From sequence record PP355766.1: DNA of 64,000 nt; one strand, written 5' to 3'. The notes beneath the pieces are model-generated. The model ran no database searches, was not told where the DNA came from, and saw only the letters and a program-made list of their open reading frames with translations. The position numbers were made by a program, and so were the translations under genes. Positions 19,009 through 27,561 of the stretch are shown piece by piece (within the stretch, counting starts at the first letter, position 1; each line of letters starts with the position of its first letter).

Positions 19009-21717
19009 TTAAAAATCGAACATGTCAAGAAGAGACGATTTCTCTTCATAGTCTAACCCTGCCGCTTCAGACATACCCGTCAGAGGTTTAACGAACGATT
19101 TTTGGAACAGAACACTGTGGTCAAGCCACACTAGAACTTCCTGTCGGATTTCTTGTGGCAGCTCAGTGCCCGATGGCCATGCCATACATTTCTCACCGTA
19201 CGGGTTACCTTCACGCAGCGGGATGACCATCACCTTCTCGCCTTCCATGATTGGTGTTATACCTTCAAAGCCTGCGGTAGCTCGGTTATACGCTAAAGCA
19301 CCTTTAACGTGATATGGAGTACCTTTATCTGGATATCCTGCACCGTCATCATACTTACCGATGTTGTTGGCGGTCTTAACCTCTGCGATTACTTTATAGT
19401 CAAGTTCACGATACTCAGACTCAAACTGCTTATAATATTGTTGTAAAGATTCTTCACCTTCCTGCAGCATACGCCGAATAGATTCTTCCAATGCATTCTG
19501 AACAGCAGTTGGTGTAGAACTTTGCTGAGTTTCCATACCCATGATTTTCAGATGCGGTTCTGCATATCGAGTACCTTCCATATCATACACGTTCAGAGCA
19601 TATCGTTTCTTCGCTTTCCAAAATCCACCAATGCCGTTTGAACCCAACGGAGGACAAGAAATAGCTTCACGGTCCATGAACATTAAATGTTCTTTATTGT
19701 TCATGTATTCACACATCTCACGATATGATTGGTCAATCCAAGGTTCCATTTTCTTCTTGCCGAATTGGTTCAGGAATTCTACCAAATCGTTAGTTTCTTT
19801 GAAACGCTCAAGACCTACCTTCTCGATAACCTTATCAACACAAACGTAAATTGAGTCAGTATCACCGGCTACTACAAACGAATGTCCTTCAGTACCGCAT
19901 ACCTTGTTGAGATATTCATTAACTTTACGTTCAATCCATTGAATTGCCATTTGACCAAACAAGGTGATTGCTGATGCGTTACGCAAATCATAATAACGGA
20001 AGTAAATGTTACCCAATGCACCATAAAGTGAGTTGATCAGAATCTTACGGTTTAACTGGTTAGTGTTACCCAAGATTTCAGCGTGTTTACATTCAAACAT
20101 CAGTTTGTCAAGACACTCTTCGGTATATGTCAGCAGTTCTGCTTTCATATCATCAGAGAAATCTTCATAGACATTAACTTCTGCGAATTTATCGATAGTT
20201 CCAAACTTCTTATCATTCAGAACCTTTTTAATCAGTTCTTGATTTCGTTTGGCACCCATCATTTTATTTTTCCACTCTTTACGCTGATAAAATACCTTCG
20301 CGATTTCAACTGGAATGACACCATCTACATCTTTACGATACATCCAACCATTTGGTGAACATGAATATTCGTCAGACGGACGAGGAGCAGTCTTGTTAAT
20401 GTACTCACCCAACGGATGAAGTTTAAACTGTCCAACGATGGTTTCTGGTGAAATATTGACCTGTCGAATGATTGACGGATACAGAGATGTCAAGTCAAAC
20501 GACATGATATAACGATATGCAGCAGGAACTGGTTCCTTAACATACGCACCAGGATATGACTGTTTAACATGAGAACGACTTTGCGGAATAACTTTGTCTT
20601 GTTCTTTCAGACTGTTAAAGATGATTGCGTCCCATGTTTTAATTGGACTCATTACACCTTGGTATGGCATCTTCGCATAATAAGACATCGAGATAGCCAG
20701 GTCAATAAATCCACGAACAGCATCAATCGCTTGTACTGATTCAACGTCGATGATGTTATACGAAATATACCGTTGGTGGTTAGTTTCACGCAATTTATTG
20801 ATTGGACCGTCATATGCTAATTTACCTTTCTTGGTTTCATAATAAGCAATGAAATCCAACTTATACGTCGGTTGGTTCGTGAAACTAAATTTCTTATACA
20901 AATCCATGTAATCAAGAATAGTCACACCCATGATAGAATAAATTTCTTTATCACCATACATGTTTGTGATAATCTTAGATGAAACTTTATTCAGAGGAGA
21001 GAACCGTTTCATCGCACGCTCACCAAGAATCTGTTTCACACGATTCATGATGTACGGAATATCAAATCCTTCAATGTTCCATCCAGTAAAGATTGCTGGG
21101 CATTTCTGTTCCCAAAGATTGATGTACTCAAGCATCATTTCTTTTTCTGAATTGAACGGCATATATACTACGCGGTCAAGAATATGTTGTGGAACTTCAT
21201 CACCGCCTTCGGAATCTAAACGAGCAGCGAGTTTCTTGTCCCACTCGGAAACAGAACCATAAAGAGAATGCAGTAAATCAAATACGTAGAACTTATCATC
21301 AACCGAATCATAATGAGTGATAGCATCAATTTCGTATTCTGCTTTCATCGGGTCTGGGAATTGGGATGCCGTAACCTCAATGTCGCAGTTTGCGATTCGG
21401 ATGAATTTTTTATTATAGACGATTTCTGAACCGTAAGTATCACTGATATACGCGAGTTTGAAATCATCCATACCCATTGCTTCCATTCCCATATCTTCCA
21501 TACGACGCATCCAATCGCGTGCATCTTTCATAGTTGGGAATGTATTCTTCTTGCAATACTTGCCATAGATGTCTTTGTACTTTGTTTCTTCCATGCAATG
21601 GCTAAACATAACAGGAGAATACGGAACACGACGCATTCGTTCCTCACCAGTAGAATCGATATAACGTTCTACGATGTCATTGCCTAGAGATTCAACGCTA
21701 ATATAAAATTCTTTCAT
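19009..21717 (-). CDS. gp43: Family B DNA polymerase, single uninterrupted gene
   Basis: DIEV, SFDLTSLYPS, KILINSLYG, AGDTDS. Confidence 0.97.
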   Translation of the reverse strand: MKEFYISVESLGNDIVERYIDSTGEERMRRVPYSPVMFSHCMEETKYKDIYGKYCKKNTFPTMKDARDWMRRMEDMGMEAMGMDDFKLAYISDTYGSEIVYNKKFIRIANCDIEVTASQFPDPMKAEYEIDAITHYDSVDDKFYVFDLLHSLYGSVSEWDKKLAARLDSEGGDEVPQHILDRVVYMPFNSEKEMMLEYINLWEQKCPAIFTGWNIEGFDIPYIMNRVKQILGERAMKRFSPLNKVSSKIITNMYGDKEIYSIMGVTILDYMDLYKKFSFTNQPTYKLDFIAYYETKKGKLAYDGPINKLRETNHQRYISYNIIDVESVQAIDAVRGFIDLAISMSYYAKMPYQGVMSPIKTWDAIIFNSLKEQDKVIPQSRSHVKQSYPGAYVKEPVPAAYRYIMSFDLTSLYPSIIRQVNISPETIVGQFKLHPLGEYINKTAPRPSDEYSCSPNGWMYRKDVDGVIPVEIAKVFYQRKEWKNKMMGAKRNQELIKKVLNDKKFGTIDKFAEVNVYEDFSDDMKAELLTYTEECLDKLMFECKHAEILGNTNQLNRKILINSLYGALGNIYFRYYDLRNASAITLFGQMAIQWIERKVNEYLNKVCGTEGHSFVVAGDTDSIYVCVDKVIEKVGLERFKETNDLVEFLNQFGKKKMEPWIDQSYREMCEYMNNKEHLMFMDREAISCPPLGSNGIGGFWKAKKRYALNVYDMEGTRYAEPHLKIMGMETQQSSTPTAVQNALEESIRRMLQEGEESLQQYYKQFESEYRELDYKVIAEVKTANNIGKYDDGAGYPDKGTPYHVKGALAYNRATAGFEGITPIMEGEKVMVIPLREGNPYGEKCMAWPSGTELPQEIRQEVLVWLDHSVLFQKSFVKPLTGMSEAAGLDYEEKSSLLDMFDF

Positions 21718-21734
21718 GGGTTTCCTTTGTTTAT

Positions 21735-21752
21735 AGACCGAGTTATTAGTCT
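21735..21752 (-). promoter_or_regulatory. Gene 43 autogenous translational operator
   Basis: AGACT-AATAACTC-GGTCT hairpin; loop identical to the T4 gp43 operator loop, just upstream of SD. Confidence 0.85.
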
Positions 21753-21789
21753 TTAGGTGGGATAATTATACTCCGATTTTTATAAAGTA

Positions 21790-21807
21790 AAAGGGCCGAA
21801 GCCCTTT
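21790..21807 (-). terminator. Terminator upstream of gene 43
   Basis: AAAGGGC-TTCG-GCCCTTT(T). Confidence 0.8.
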
Positions 21808-23485
21808 GGACACAGGAGCTACTGGACCACAGGGTCCACAGGGTCCAAATGGTGCTAGCGCCAAAGCCTTTGCCCTAACATCCGATAGCCTGTCCTTTAG
21901 CTTCGATACTAGTGGTAACCTGAAATCTAATGGTACTATCAAGATCGATAGCTGGAGACAGAATACCACTGCTGCAATAACCTGGACTGCCAAGAACCAA
22001 GCAGGGAGTACTATAACTTTAGGTGGCACTGCTACTAACAAGACTATAACCTCTGCTCAGTTCGGAAGCTCAGAGTACGTAACAGTAACCGCGACGTGTG
22101 ATGGAATAACCGATTCCATTACAATAGTTAGGCTGCAAGACGGGGTGAACTCTCTAGTCGGGTACTTAACTAACGAAGCGGCTAACCTGTCGTGTAACTC
22201 CTACGGTTTTGTGCAGAATTGGGATGGCACCACGGGTAACTTCAAGGTGTTCTACGGAACAGTAGATGTTACCAGTCAGTGTACCTTCGGAGTGGAAGAT
22301 AAGAGCAATCTTAACGGCAACATAGGGTCAAGCGGTTATTATGCCCCTAGCGCTATGCCAAACGGGTTGGAAATTACCTCTGGGTGGGTAGATTATAAGG
22401 CTACACATCCTAAGTATGGAACACTTATTAAGAGGTTTACACTCAAGAAGAGCCTGCCCGGGATTGGTTACGACAGGGTGTTCACGGGATCCTTTGACTC
22501 TGGTAACAATGGATCGTGGGGTCGTACGGTGGTTGACATAGCTACAGGTAGTCCCGGGGGACACACTAAGGCTATACAGTGCACCTCTAGGGACACCATG
22601 GAAAGCAGTAACTGGTTCCCTACTCGCAAGGGGATGCGCTACCGTGTAACTGCATGGGTTAACAACTCCGAGGGTGAGTATCAGCTGAGATTAGGCCTCC
22701 ATACCCAGAACTCTGCTGGTAGCGTTAACACTGGTTACCCAACTATGCTAGCCGCATCAGCTAAGGATTCCGGGGGATGGAAACTAGTAACAGGTATTGT
22801 TGAGGTGGGTGACGGAAGCACCGCTGAGACAGGTAGAGCAAGACCGTTTATACAAATGAATGGTAGTGCTAGTCCTTTCGGCAACGCTTACGTGGCTGCT
22901 ATAGCGATCGAAGATCTGTCTATGGACGGTGAGGATGGTGCTACAGGTCCACAAGGTCCACAAGGGAATACTGGTGCTACTGGTCCTACTGGTCCACAGG
23001 GTAGTAAAGGAGATACAGGCCCACAAGGCCCACAAGGGAACAAAGGGGATAAAGGGGACACCGGTCCTCAAGGACCGGCAGGAAGCAGTGGTGCTAAAGG
23101 AGAGCGTGGTCCTGGGTTCTATACTCAGGCTATTACAAACTTAACCGGGTGGAACGATACTCAGGCAGCATCTTTCTTCCAGTCAACATTCGGTGGACCT
23201 CCGGTTAAGTATGACGTACTAACTCAGTATAAGTCGGGCTCTCCACAGAACTCCTGGACTCGTCAATGGAATGGCACAGCATGGACTGCTCCCGCATTAA
23301 CTGTTCACGGTGATATGATCGTTTCCGGTTCTATTACTGCTGATAAGATTATTGCAAGCAACGCGTTCCTGGCACAGATTGGTGTTGACATCCTTTACAA
23401 TAGGGCTGCCGCACTGAGTTCTAACCCGGAAGGTACGTACACCATGAAAATAGACCTGGCTAACGGGTACATTCATATAAGGTAA
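21808..23485 (+). CDS. pb4: T5-like straight central fibre, 5' truncated
   Basis: Collagen repeats, lies directly upstream of p132, ends [15 protein letters not shown]. Confidence 0.72.
22928..23116 (+). repeat. Collagen-like Gly-X-Y repeat
   Basis: [19 protein letters not shown]...; a shorter copy at about 21815-21856. Confidence 0.9.
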
Positions 23486-23488
23486 CAA

Positions 23489-23908
23489 ATGAGCACGGAA
23501 AACAGAGTAGTTGATATTATCCTTGATCAAAACGTGTCGTATGGATTGATGCTACAGTTCATGGATATCGATGACTCTGCGTACCCAGCAACGGAAACCC
23601 CTGTCAATCTGACAGGGGTAACCCTTAAGTCTTCAATTAAAGACTCACTGGAATCCACTGGGGTAAAATTAGCAGATTTCGTCGTAACAGTAATAAACGC
23701 CACACAAGGTCAGGCGTCGCTAGGATTGACAGCGGCTACTGTGGCAACAATCGTTAGCAAAGCAAGTAAAGAACGAGATAAATATAATCCTAGACTTCGG
23801 TTCGCAGGTTACTACGATGTAATCATGACCAGAGGAACAGGAGCTACCGCTACCTCTTATAGAGTAATGGAAGGGAGCGTGTACGTCAGTGACGGAGTAA
23901 CCGCGTAA
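23489..23908 (+). CDS. p132: T5-like tail collar protein
   Basis: MSTENRVVD...KASKERDKYNPR...MEGSVYVSDGVT. Confidence 0.9.
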   Translation: MSTENRVVDIILDQNVSYGLMLQFMDIDDSAYPATETPVNLTGVTLKSSIKDSLESTGVKLADFVVTVINATQGQASLGLTAATVATIVSKASKERDKYNPRLRFAGYYDVIMTRGTGATATSYRVMEGSVYVSDGVTA

Positions 23909-24408
23909 TGGCTATTACAACAAGAATTATTGCACAACAGGTTACCGCCCTTGACGGAGCTAACTCAAGGGTAAGTAAATACCCAAAATTTACCGTACAG
24001 CTAGGCTACTCAGTTAGTTCTCTGGCTGCTACAGAATTACTGGATGCTGCCACTAAATCGGCAGCATCCGCTGCTGCCGCTAAAACTTCGGAAACTAACG
24101 CTAAGGCTTCTGAAACAGCTAGTAAAAATTCCCAGACAGCAGCTAAGACTTCAGAAACTAATGCGGCAGCATCCGCCCAAGTAGCCCAGAATTTGGCAGG
24201 TAAAACATCCCTGGTAACACCTCTAGGAGTTATGACTGGCTCCGCAGAAGCTAAGATTGCATCTATAACAATAGCCGCAAATCAGTCTTCCAGCGTTCAC
24301 GTACTGTTTGCACTCTACGCTACGGGTAACGGAGCTAATAGGGACGATATATACAATATGGAGATAGTATCCCTGGCATTACCTGGTCCTGTAACCTCTG
24401 TAACTATA
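23908..24408 (+). CDS. ltf: T5-like L-shaped tail fibre, N-terminal fragment
   Basis: MAITT...SKYPK..., AAKTSETNA repeats. Confidence 0.82.
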
Positions 24409-24423
24409 CGATGGATGCAAATT

Positions 24424-24498
24424 TGGCAGGCCCTGAAGGAATCGAACCCTCATCACTGGGTTTGGAGCCCAGCATAATAGCCGTTATACTAAGAACCT
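24424..24498 (-). tRNA. tRNA-Trp(CCA)
   Basis: Cloverleaf, loop CT-CCA-AA, GGTTCGATT, CCA end. Confidence 0.9.
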
Positions 24499-24504
24499 GT
24501 TATT

Positions 24505-24580
24505 TGGTGGGAGTAACTGGACTCGAACCAGTCACCGCTCGATTATCGGTCGAGAGCTCTACCAAATGAGCTATACTCCC
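24505..24580 (-). tRNA. tRNA-Ile(GAT)
   Basis: Cloverleaf, loop CC-GAT-AA, CCA end. Confidence 0.88.
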
Positions 24581-24642
24581 ATGGAAAGCTAATCATCTAA
24601 TTGTTGATGTACCACTGCTATGGGCAGCGTTTAACTTTCATA
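24581..24642 (-). ncRNA. Small structured inter-tRNA RNA
   Basis: GAAAGTTAA/TTAGCTTTC closing stem, two internal hairpins. Confidence 0.45.
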
Positions 24643-24646
24643 AATT

Positions 24647-24731
24647 TGGCGGAGAGTAAAGGAGTTGAACCCTCACCGTTTCCGATGGCCCGGATTTCAA
24701 GTCCGGTTTGCTACCACTAGCGCTACTCTCC
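24647..24731 (-). tRNA. tRNA-Ser(TGA)
   Basis: Long variable arm, loop CT-TGA-AA, CCA end. Confidence 0.92.
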
Positions 24732-24737
24732 AATATT

Positions 24738-24822
24738 TGGTGAAGGAAGTGCCATATAGACACAATTCGCTTAGCGACAACCCAGCATGACTGTGGGTCG
24801 TGTATTTTTCCACCATTCCTTC
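24738..24822 (-). ncRNA. Atypical tRNA-like RNA with CCA end
   Basis: GAAGGAA/TTCCTTC acceptor stem + A + CCA; four arms; non-canonical T loop; 9-nt anticodon-position loop centred on TCA. Confidence 0.65.
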
Positions 24823-24827
24823 ATTGT

Positions 24828-24903
24828 TGGGGTGACCGATGGGAGTTGAACCCATGACTACGAGAATCACAATCTCGAGTTCTACCAACTGAACTACGGC
24901 CAC
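24828..24903 (-). tRNA. tRNA-His(GTG)
   Basis: Loop TT-GTG-AT, C73, CCA end. Confidence 0.92.
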
Positions 24904-24906
24904 ATC

Positions 24907-24995
24907 AATATTCACTCCATCCATCATGAGGACTTCATACGAAATTAAGAGAAGAATGATCAGTTCAACCCCTGTAGACGCGTTGAATGAATATT
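24907..24995 (-). ncRNA. Structured inter-tRNA RNA
   Basis: AATATTCATTC/GAGTGAATATT closing stem with G-U on minus strand. Confidence 0.55.
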
Positions 24996-24999
24996 AATT

Positions 25000-25074
25000 T
25001 GGCTGGACTATCTGGATTCGAACCAGAGATACCGGAGTCAAAGGCCGGTGACTTAACCGCTTGTCTATAGTCCA
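25000..25074 (-). tRNA. tRNA-Gln(TTG)
   Basis: Loop CT-TTG-AC, CCA end. Confidence 0.92.
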
Positions 25075-25080
25075 ATTATT

Positions 25081-25157
25081 TGGAGGCGGAGGCAGGACTC
25101 GAACCTGCGCGTGTCGGGATATGAGCCCAACATTCTACCAACTGAAGTTACCCCGCA
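25081..25157 (-). tRNA. Initiator-type tRNA-fMet(CAT)
   Basis: 1:72 mismatch (T:C), GGG/CCC in anticodon stem, loop CT-CAT-AT. Confidence 0.88.
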
Positions 25158-25166
25158 TTTATCCGG

Positions 25167-25303
25167 GTTCTTGAAGTACTAACAAGTAGCTTGATGTAGA
25201 ACACGCTAAAGATATAATCTTACGAATATAGAGCTTATTCCGTGGGAACAAACCGCTTCGTCCTCGGCATTATCTTACAGGACTCAAACTCATCTTCAAG
25301 AAC
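25167..25303 (-). ncRNA. Structured inter-tRNA RNA (about 137 nt)
   Basis: Perfect GTTCTTGAAG/CTTCAAGAAC closing stem, four internal hairpins. Confidence 0.6.
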
Positions 25304-25318
25304 TGCCACGTTCTTATT

Positions 25319-25395
25319 TGGCGGACCTAGCGAGGATCGAACTCGCGCTCTCTCCCGTGACAGGGGAGTATTTTATCCAACTAAACTATAGGTCC
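25319..25395 (-). tRNA. tRNA-Asp(GTC)
   Basis: Loop CT-GTC-AC, CCA end. Confidence 0.93.
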
Positions 25396-25399
25396 ATAA

Positions 25400-25518
25400 T
25401 TCGCTTTCAGAGATACTCTGGCACGATGCCGAAGCAAAGGGGAACAGGACTCTCATCACCTTGGTACCAGATGAATCTTGTTTAGCACTCTGTTCTAAGA
25501 TGTATCCCTGAAAGCGAA
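25400..25518 (-). ncRNA. Structured, possibly pseudoknotted RNA (119 nt)
   Basis: 17-bp closing stem with one G-U on minus strand, C(UUCG)G tetraloop. Confidence 0.68.
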
Positions 25519-25648
25519 CTTTCAACGCCGTAAGAAATTATAACATGAACAAGCATTAAGCAGGATGAAATCATACTCCTTAATACAAACGCCATGCCAG
25601 GGAATTCTATGCCGACGATTTATCAGAACGTCTTCTGACTTCTTCATT

Positions 25649-25733
25649 TGGCGGGCCGTGCAGGTATCGAACCTGCCTAGTCATTTCTGACACGGATTAA
25701 CAGTCCGTCGCTTACCCTCTCAGCCAACGACCC
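25649..25733 (-). tRNA. tRNA-Asn(GTT) with long variable arm
   Basis: Loop CT-GTT-AA; GTCA-GAAA-TGAC extra arm; CCA end. Confidence 0.88.
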
Positions 25734-25738
25734 GAATT

Positions 25739-25815
25739 TGGTGGGACACCGAAGACTCGAACTTCGGACACCCGGATTAAAAGTCCGGTGCTCTAACCAA
25801 CTGAGCTAGTATCCC
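25739..25815 (-). tRNA. tRNA-Lys(TTT)
   Basis: Loop CT-TTT-AA, CCA end. Confidence 0.94.
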
Positions 25816-25821
25816 TAAATT

Positions 25822-25908
25822 TGGTGGGGAGTAATGGAGTCGAACCACTCGAGCCTTTTGAGCAACAGATTTACAGTCTGTCCCGCTACCCCTACGGTCT
25901 AACTCCCC
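25822..25908 (-). tRNA. tRNA-Tyr(GTA)
   Basis: Loop CT-GTA-AA, long variable arm, CCA end. Confidence 0.94.
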
Positions 25909-25920
25909 AGTGGGTAATTT

Positions 25921-25928
25921 TATTTATA
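25921..25928 (-). promoter_or_regulatory. Late promoter upstream of tRNA cluster
   Basis: TATAAATA 12 nt before tRNA-Tyr. Confidence 0.75.
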
Positions 25929-25990
25929 CTGCCCTAAAATTAATCAGAGCAGTTGATAGATTAATAATAACAAAGAAAACCTAAAGCATA

Positions 25991-26341
25991 TTACACAATC
26001 GGTGAGCTCTTTGATTTAACCAGGAATACCCGATGTGGTGAATCCATATGAGAGAGCAATACCCGGTGCTCAGGAATTGGACTTGTATGGAAAGGAACCA
26101 CACGATAACCTTTAGGAGTAAATCCTAGCAAAATACCAACGCTTGCTGCAGAAAGTGACCCACCACAGTAGTATGATACTAAATCACCAGGCTGGATTTC
26201 ATTGTCAAGAGAATCGGTTTTGGTATGCTTAGGCGTAACTAAATCACTAGGAATTGGAACGCCTTGCGCATCATGGTATTCATGGGCAAGAAGCTTATAA
26301 TTCTCTTGATAGAAAGTATTAAATGCAGCTCTGATATTCAT
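25991..26341 (-). CDS. Hypothetical protein of the tRNA region
   Basis: MNIRAAFNTF start with GAGGA SD. Confidence 0.65.
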   Translation of the reverse strand: MNIRAAFNTFYQENYKLLAHEYHDAQGVPIPSDLVTPKHTKTDSLDNEIQPGDLVSYYCGGSLSAASVGILLGFTPKGYRVVPFHTSPIPEHRVLLSHMDSPHRVFLVKSKSSPIV

Positions 26342-26357
26342 CACAATTTCCTCACAA

Positions 26358-26543
26358 TTAATCTTTGTATGCTTCAGTTGAACCTTTAGCAACAGTCTCA
26401 AATCGGGAATTCAGTATCTCAAAATAGTCTTGATACGTTCCCTGGAGGGCTTCATAGCATTCTTCTACCGTAGTGTAGACACCTCTGATTTGGTCAGAGC
26501 CAGGAGCAGGATAATAATTAGACCAAGTTAAAAGTGCATACAT
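26358..26543 (-). CDS. Hypothetical protein
   Basis: 61 aa ORF translationally coupled to upstream ORF. Confidence 0.6.
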   Translation of the reverse strand: MYALLTWSNYYPAPGSDQIRGVYTTVEECYEALQGTYQDYFEILNSRFETVAKGSTEAYKD

Positions 26544-26722
26544 TACTTACGTTTCCAGCTGTAGTGAGCCAAAATAAGAAGCACTGCAATAGCAAGTAGT
26601 GATGAATGCAGTGCTGCCAGTAGTGCACCTAGTCCTACACCCAACGTAACATAATCATACTTAGTTACTTCTTCACGGTTTAAATCATAGTTTTTGATGA
26701 ACCACTGCTTAATCTTTTTCAT
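26543..26722 (-). CDS. Small membrane protein (59 aa, not in ORF track)
   Basis: MKKIKQWFIKNY...TLGVGLGALLAALHSSLLAIAVLLIL. Confidence 0.65.
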   Translation of the reverse strand: MKKIKQWFIKNYDLNREEVTKYDYVTLGVGLGALLAALHSSLLAIAVLLILAHYSWKRK

Positions 26723-26888
26723 GCGCTATTTTATCCATTATGAAAGAAATGATACCCATTAGAAATGCAACACTTAACACTGATACTGTTTCAGGAAGAG
26801 ACATAAAGGCTGCACCTATAATGCCAAAACCTAACGCTCCCATGCAGATGGTTGATGCAACATTTCTAATTAATTCACAACGTTTCAT
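26709..26888 (-). CDS. T4 tRNA.4-like membrane protein (59 aa, not in ORF track)
   Basis: MKRCELIRNVA start as in T4 tRNA.4; two hydrophobic segments. Confidence 0.7.
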   Translation of the reverse strand: MKRCELIRNVASTICMGALGFGIIGAAFMSLPETVSVLSVAFLMGIISFIMDKIAHEKD

Positions 26889-26909
26889 TTTATTCTCCTC
26901 AAGTTGATA

Positions 26910-26944
26910 GGGTTATAGTATCACTACTACAACCCGTTGTAAAC
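26910..26944 (-). promoter_or_regulatory. T4-type early promoter with hairpin over -10
   Basis: GTTTAC-AAC-GGGTTGTAGTA-GTGA-TACTATAACCC. Confidence 0.8.
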
Positions 26945-26980
26945 AACTTTATTATCTTATCAACTACTGAGGAGAATAAC

Positions 26981-27196
26981 ATGAAAACTGAAAATACCGT
27001 AAAAATTACTGCCGAAGCTTTTGAAGACATTCTGTTCAACCCGGACTTAATCGTCGTTCAGAAAGAGAAAACCTTCGGTAAAGAAGAGCATTGGACCTGG
27101 TTGTATGTATTCGCGAACCATGGTGATATTGTCCCAGTTCGTACCTTTGCTCGTGTAATCACAGTTGATGGCCCAGAATACATGGAGATTGTGTAA
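26981..27196 (+). CDS. cef: Cef-like modifier of suppressor tRNAs
   Basis: FEDILFNPDLIVVQKE resembles T4 Cef FEDVLFDPNLVVVQKE. Confidence 0.75.
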   Translation: MKTENTVKITAEAFEDILFNPDLIVVQKEKTFGKEEHWTWLYVFANHGDIVPVRTFARVITVDGPEYMEIV

Positions 27197-27561
27197 TGAA
27201 TTTTAAAGAAGGCGTACAGTACAAATTCGTCAATGATGAAGCTGAAGAAGAATTTTCTTCACGCTATGAGGTTAATGAAGACTTTGTGTTTGAACTCTAT
27301 GAAAATGGCGGGAGTTTTACTGTTACTAAAGTTGACCACCAAAATAATAGAGTATCAGGAATTATGTGGGCTAATGGCACAGAATGTGATGAAGTCGGCG
27401 GTGAAGACCTTGTAATTTTTGATAGCGAATTCAAATACTTTACTGAAGTTGGAACTTCCGCGAATGTAATTCCAACCGATTTGGTTATGAATCTTTCTAT
27501 TCATAACCGTGGTCAAGCAATCGCTGCTATTGCAGCACTGCAGAGTGCATATCAATGTTAA
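27196..27561 (+). CDS. GoF/ComC-alpha-like protein
   Basis: YKFVNDEAEEEF N-terminus and MNLSIHNRGQA C-terminus; position after cef. Confidence 0.55.
   Translation: MNFKEGVQYKFVNDEAEEEFSSRYEVNEDFVFELYENGGSFTVTKVDHQNNRVSGIMWANGTECDEVGGEDLVIFDSEFKYFTEVGTSANVIPTDLVMNLSIHNRGQAIAAIAALQSAYQC

Noticed and set aside
25240-25290. Hammerhead ribozyme
   Set aside because: Stem II-like GUCC/GGAC is present but the CUGAnGA core is replaced by AGUUUGA and GAAA by GAAG.
25520-25646. Small ORFs between tRNA-Asn and the 25400 RNA
   Set aside because: 41 aa and 30 aa frames lack a properly spaced SD; the region is better explained by a middle-type promoter (TGCTTAA-13 nt-TATAAT).
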